Made by a program: the position numbers and the translations under genes
From: Bacillota bacterium
GTDB taxonomy: Bacteria > Bacillota_I > Bacilli_A > RFN20 > CAG-826
NCBI GenBank assembly: GCA_023396795.1
Contig: JAEWUY010000128.1
Coordinates: 1-30,373, forward strand
DNA length: 30,373 nucleotides
Reading direction: 5' to 3'
Shown: positions 27,024 through 30,373 of the stretch, in pieces
Numbering within the stretch: the stretch's first letter is position 1
Layout: each line of letters opens with the position of its first letter
Notes under the pieces: model-generated
Seen by the model: the letters and a program-made list of their open reading frames with translations, nothing else
What the model was told of the DNA's origin: nothing
Databases searched by the model: none

Positions 27024-27039
27024 TATTAAAGTAATTTGA
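27024..27039 (+). repeat. Target-site duplication, right copy (16 bp)
   Basis: TATTAAAGTAATTTGA, identical to 25632-25647. Confidence 0.93.
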
Positions 27040-27041
27040 AT

Positions 27042-27068
27042 AATAATGATAAACATTATTGTTATAAT
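27042..27068 (+). promoter_or_regulatory. Extended -10 promoter of glpK with an adjacent palindromic operator-like site
   Basis: TG-t-TATAAT at 27060-27068; AATAATG-ataaa-CATTATT inverted repeat at 27042-27060; GAGGA RBS before ATG 27089. Confidence 0.5.
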
Positions 27069-27088
27069 AGTAACGAGGATTATTAGTC

Positions 27089-28573
27089 ATGGACAAATTC
27101 ATTTTAGCAATTGATCAAGGAACGACTTCGACACGAGCGTTTCTTTTTAATCACGAAGGTAACTTATGTTTTAGTGCAGTAAGAGCCGTAAATTGCTTGT
27201 ACCCTAAACCAGGCTGGGTTGAGCAGGACGCTTTGCAACTATGGGTTAGCGTTATTGATGTCGTTAATGAATTACTTGTTGTGGCCCATAAAACCATGGA
27301 CGATATCGCCGCGATTGGAATTACCAACCAGCGGGAAACCACGATTATATGGGATAAAAAGACAGGCCGGCCAATTTATAATGCGATTGTTTGGCAATCA
27401 CGTCAATCATTACCTTATTGCCAAAAAATTGAAAAGTACAAAGATTTAATTCATGCGAAAACCGGCTTATTAATTAACCCTTATTTTAGTGCCTCAAAGG
27501 TTCGATATATTTTGGATAAAGTTGCTGGCGCTCAGAAAAAAGCGGAAGCTGGCGAATTATTGTTTGGCACAGTCGATACGTGGCTTATTTATAACATGAC
27601 AAAAGGAAAAGTCCACGCCACCGACCCCAGTAATGCTTCTCGAACAATGTTTTATAACATCATCGATATGAAATGGGATAACGAGTTGCTTAAATTATTT
27701 AATATTCCCAAAGCGATGCTGCCAGAAGTTAAACCATCAAGTGCTGATTATGGTGTTGCTACTTTTTTCACGAAAAATGTCCATATTTATGGAGTGTGTG
27801 GCGATCAACAAGCCGCTTTATTTGGACAAGCATGTTTTAACGAGGGCGATTTAAAAAATACTTATGGAACTGGTTGTTTTGCTCTTATGAATACTGGTAA
27901 AAAGGCAATTATGTCGAAAAACGGTCTTCTCACAACGGTTGCTTGGCAGATTGGTGAGGACATTTTTTATGCTCTTGAGGGTAGTGTGTTTGTTGGAGGA
28001 GCAGTCGTCCAGTGGTTACGCGAATCAATGAATATTATTACCACGAGTGATGAGAGCGAAAAGGTGGCTAAAAAAGTTGAAGATTCCCAAGGCGTATACG
28101 TTGTTCCGGCTTTTGTTGGACTTGGAACACCCTACTGGGACAATGAAGCCCGTGGCGCAGTTTTCGGCATTACTCGCGGCACGAATAAATCACACTTTGT
28201 CCGTGCATCTTTGGAAGCGATAGCCTACCAATCCAAAGACATGATTGAAGTAATGAAAAGCGAGGCACATGCTGATGTCTCAGCTTTACGAGTTGATGGC
28301 GGGGCGACCAAAAATAAATTGTTATTACAATTTCAAGCGGATATTTTGCGATGTGAAATTCGTTTACCACAGTGTTTAGAAACGACGGCGTTAGGCGTTG
28401 CCTACATGGCGGGATTGGGTAGTGGCTATTGGAAAAGCATGAAAGAGATTGAAAAATATCATTGCTTACAAGCGACGTTTCAGCCCAAAATGGATGAGAA
28501 GATGGCTGCTAAAAAATATGAAGGTTGGAAAATGGCAGTTCAAGCCACGATGGCGTTTAAATTAAAGGATTAA
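27089..28573 (+). CDS. glpK: Glycerol kinase
   Basis: AIDQGTTSTR, PGWVEQDA, GITNQRETT, NAIVWQ, YFSASK, TDPSNASRT, GDQQAALFGQ, KNTYGTGCF, YALEGSVF, VPAFVGLGTPYWD, LRVDGGA, ETTALG. Confidence 0.97.
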   Translation: MDKFILAIDQGTTSTRAFLFNHEGNLCFSAVRAVNCLYPKPGWVEQDALQLWVSVIDVVNELLVVAHKTMDDIAAIGITNQRETTIIWDKKTGRPIYNAIVWQSRQSLPYCQKIEKYKDLIHAKTGLLINPYFSASKVRYILDKVAGAQKKAEAGELLFGTVDTWLIYNMTKGKVHATDPSNASRTMFYNIIDMKWDNELLKLFNIPKAMLPEVKPSSADYGVATFFTKNVHIYGVCGDQQAALFGQACFNEGDLKNTYGTGCFALMNTGKKAIMSKNGLLTTVAWQIGEDIFYALEGSVFVGGAVVQWLRESMNIITTSDESEKVAKKVEDSQGVYVVPAFVGLGTPYWDNEARGAVFGITRGTNKSHFVRASLEAIAYQSKDMIEVMKSEAHADVSALRVDGGATKNKLLLQFQADILRCEIRLPQCLETTALGVAYMAGLGSGYWKSMKEIEKYHCLQATFQPKMDEKMAAKKYEGWKMAVQATMAFKLKD

Positions 28574-28576
28574 CAA

Positions 28577-29710
28577 ATGATAGATCGATCAGCCTTAACA
28601 ATTGAACAATTTAAAGAAATATATGTGGCTTTGGGCGTTAAGGAAAGCCTCGATTTGCCTTTCCTTTTTGATGCTTACGAAAACGCAATTGAAGGGGCAA
28701 AAGGAATCGCTGAAGCTAATCTTTTTGGAAAGGTTGTTCCTCTTAATCCAATTTCTTTAATTCTTTATTTAGTTAATGAACATGGTTACTATTTAGAATC
28801 ACATCCCAATGTTAATCAAGACGTTTTAAAAGATGATGAAAAATATATGCAGACTCTTGTCAGCATGACGCTTGATAAGTACTACACTAACGAACACCTT
28901 TCTTACAAGTCCAAAACCGTTTTAACAAGATTTTCGCCAAGTATTTCTACTTTGAATACTTATTTGAATTTTGTGCTAGGTATTTTAGCGCGCTTCAATC
29001 GTAATCAACCTAATGAGACTTTGATTATTGATATTTTATCAAAAAGCTTTTCGATGGCGCGAGCAATAAGCGATCTTCTCGTCGCCGGCTTTGAAACCGA
29101 AGCTTTTTCGACATGGCGAACACTCCATGAATCGGAATGCATTTTATTGATTTTGTCAAAATACGGCAAACCTGTAATTGATAAATATTTGATGCATATG
29201 AACTACGCGATGGCATTTCGCGGCATGGTTTTTAGCAAAGAAAAAACTGATGAGATTTTCGTAAAAATAAAAGAGGAAATGCGGGTTTTCGATTTAAAAA
29301 GCAAAGATATGAAGCGTTTTATTGAATACGGATGGCTGATGGCCTTACCTCGTCAAGAAGGCGACGAAGTCACAAAGCTGAACTTTCGCGATGGCGTAGA
29401 AAGACTCGCTGGTCTCAAATCCTATTCACCAGTTTATGAGATGTCCAGTGAAATTGCTCATAGCTCACCTTTGCTTATTTATTCGCGACGCGATTATTTT
29501 ATGCACATTACTTTAGTCAATGTTTATGAATCATTCTTTAGACTTGAAAAAATCTTTTCCGATATTTATATGCGTTCAATTTCCGAGGCTGAAAAAAAGC
29601 GATATTTAATCATGCGTAATATATATTACGGACAACTCATCAACCTTCATAACAGCGAAAAAATAACTTTAAAAAACATTGGCAATAGCGGAAAGAAAAA
29701 AGGCTCGTGA
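28577..29710 (+). CDS. Hypothetical helical protein, DUF5677/HEPN-like
   Basis: 377 aa, 3 nt after glpK. G...EAFSTWRTLHE and YEMSSEIAHS motifs resemble DUF5677-type proteins; recognised by eye only. Confidence 0.55.
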   Translation: MIDRSALTIEQFKEIYVALGVKESLDLPFLFDAYENAIEGAKGIAEANLFGKVVPLNPISLILYLVNEHGYYLESHPNVNQDVLKDDEKYMQTLVSMTLDKYYTNEHLSYKSKTVLTRFSPSISTLNTYLNFVLGILARFNRNQPNETLIIDILSKSFSMARAISDLLVAGFETEAFSTWRTLHESECILLILSKYGKPVIDKYLMHMNYAMAFRGMVFSKEKTDEIFVKIKEEMRVFDLKSKDMKRFIEYGWLMALPRQEGDEVTKLNFRDGVERLAGLKSYSPVYEMSSEIAHSSPLLIYSRRDYFMHITLVNVYESFFRLEKIFSDIYMRSISEAEKKRYLIMRNIYYGQLINLHNSEKITLKNIGNSGKKKGS

Positions 29711-29721
29711 TGAGCCTTTTT
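29697..29721. terminator. Bidirectional terminator overlapping the stop of 28577..29710
   Basis: AAAAAGGCTC-gtgat-GAGCCTTTTT between convergent genes. Confidence 0.8.
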
Positions 29722-29741
29722 AAATGCAATGATTCGCGTGT

Positions 29742-30373
29742 TTATACATCGACATTAGCGTAGCAAGATCCGCCAATAAATTCGCGAAGTAAAGAATTAC
29801 AAGGCACCCATTCATCGGGCATGTCATCAAAATATTTGAGCATGCGAATAAGTCTTTCAGCTACCGGGAAATAGATTGAGTTAGTATCAATATTAGTCAA
29901 AAGGGGCATTGCGTATTTTTTCATGACCGATAATTCATAACTTAGCAAAGAATTAAAAACGTAATCAGCGCCTTCCTGAGTGTTATAAATCCAGGTGAAT
30001 TCGCCTTTGCGAACGCTTGGCCACATGCTCATCGTTTCTTCCGCGGAGGCGTTGCGATATTTTTTATCGCGAACGATGCGACGCAATAGTCTTAAATCGG
30101 TTAATGACATTGGGTTATGATTATCGAAGTTGATTTGTGCTTGAGGGGATATATATATTTTAAACTTTTGATGTTTAGGAATATTAATCGTTAGCAAGTC
30201 ATTCAAAGCATGAATGCCTTCAATAATTATTGGCTGGTCATGCGGAACTTTTAAAACACGACCAGGAATGCGATGACCAATTTTAAAATCAAAGCGTGGA
30301 AGCTGGACTTCTTTACCACTAATAAGGTCGAGCATATTTTGGTTAAACAGTTCAATATCAAGAGCGTTAATTG
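29742..30373 (-). CDS. Uridine/nucleoside kinase family protein, 5' end outside the window
   Basis: The frame stays open to the window edge (INALDIELFNQNMLDL...). PRFDF, IIIEGIHALN, DLRLLRRIVRD, WPSVRKGE, FNSLLSYEL and SLLREFIGGS are typical of Firmicutes nucleoside kinases. Confidence 0.85.
   Translation of the reverse strand, partial: INALDIELFNQNMLDLISGKEVQLPRFDFKIGHRIPGRVLKVPHDQPIIIEGIHALNDLLTINIPKHQKFKIYISPQAQINFDNHNPMSLTDLRLLRRIVRDKKYRNASAEETMSMWPSVRKGEFTWIYNTQEGADYVFNSLLSYELSVMKKYAMPLLTNIDTNSIYFPVAERLIRMLKYFDDMPDEWVPCNSLLREFIGGSCYANVDV

Noticed and set aside
1..30373. CRISPR array, rRNA, riboswitch or diversity-generating retroelement repeats
   Set aside because: No regularly spaced repeats, rRNA-like sequence, reverse transcriptase or near-identical template/variable repeat pair was seen. 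The Ig repeats are similar only at the protein level.

Overview
Chromosomal window from a low-GC Gram-positive-type bacterium using the standard genetic code (TGA serves as stop at 16272-16274 and 29708-29710; Trp is TGG). The gene content resembles uncultured, genome-reduced Bacilli, but that assignment is inference. In order: a beta-propeller lipoprotein; phosphogluco/mannomutase and mannose-6-phosphate isomerase; a collapsed sugar-utilisation operon in which fragments of five genes (LacI regulator, Ig-domain protein, ABC permease, lipoprotein, surface-protein C-terminus) surround one intact DUF1861/GT108-like beta-1,2-mannoside phosphorylase gene; tRNA-Gly(TCC); a minus-strand CPBP protease-TraX-thioredoxin cluster; a 2085-aa acidic membrane-anchored protein followed by yigZ and pepP; three tandem, divergent, surface-anchored Endonuclease I-family nucleases; an intact IS1202-family (ISNCY) element with 26-bp inverted repeats and a 16-bp target duplication; glpK; a DUF5677/HEPN-like gene; and a partial uridine/nucleoside kinase. 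The strongest novelty candidate is a ~90-aa C-terminal module followed by a transmembrane helix and basic tail, with no LPXTG. It occurs in all three nucleases, and its second half survives in an unrelated gene remnant, so it may be an unnamed surface-display or sorting domain. Also notable are the deletion-fused operon remnants and the retained GT108-like gene beside pgm and manA.
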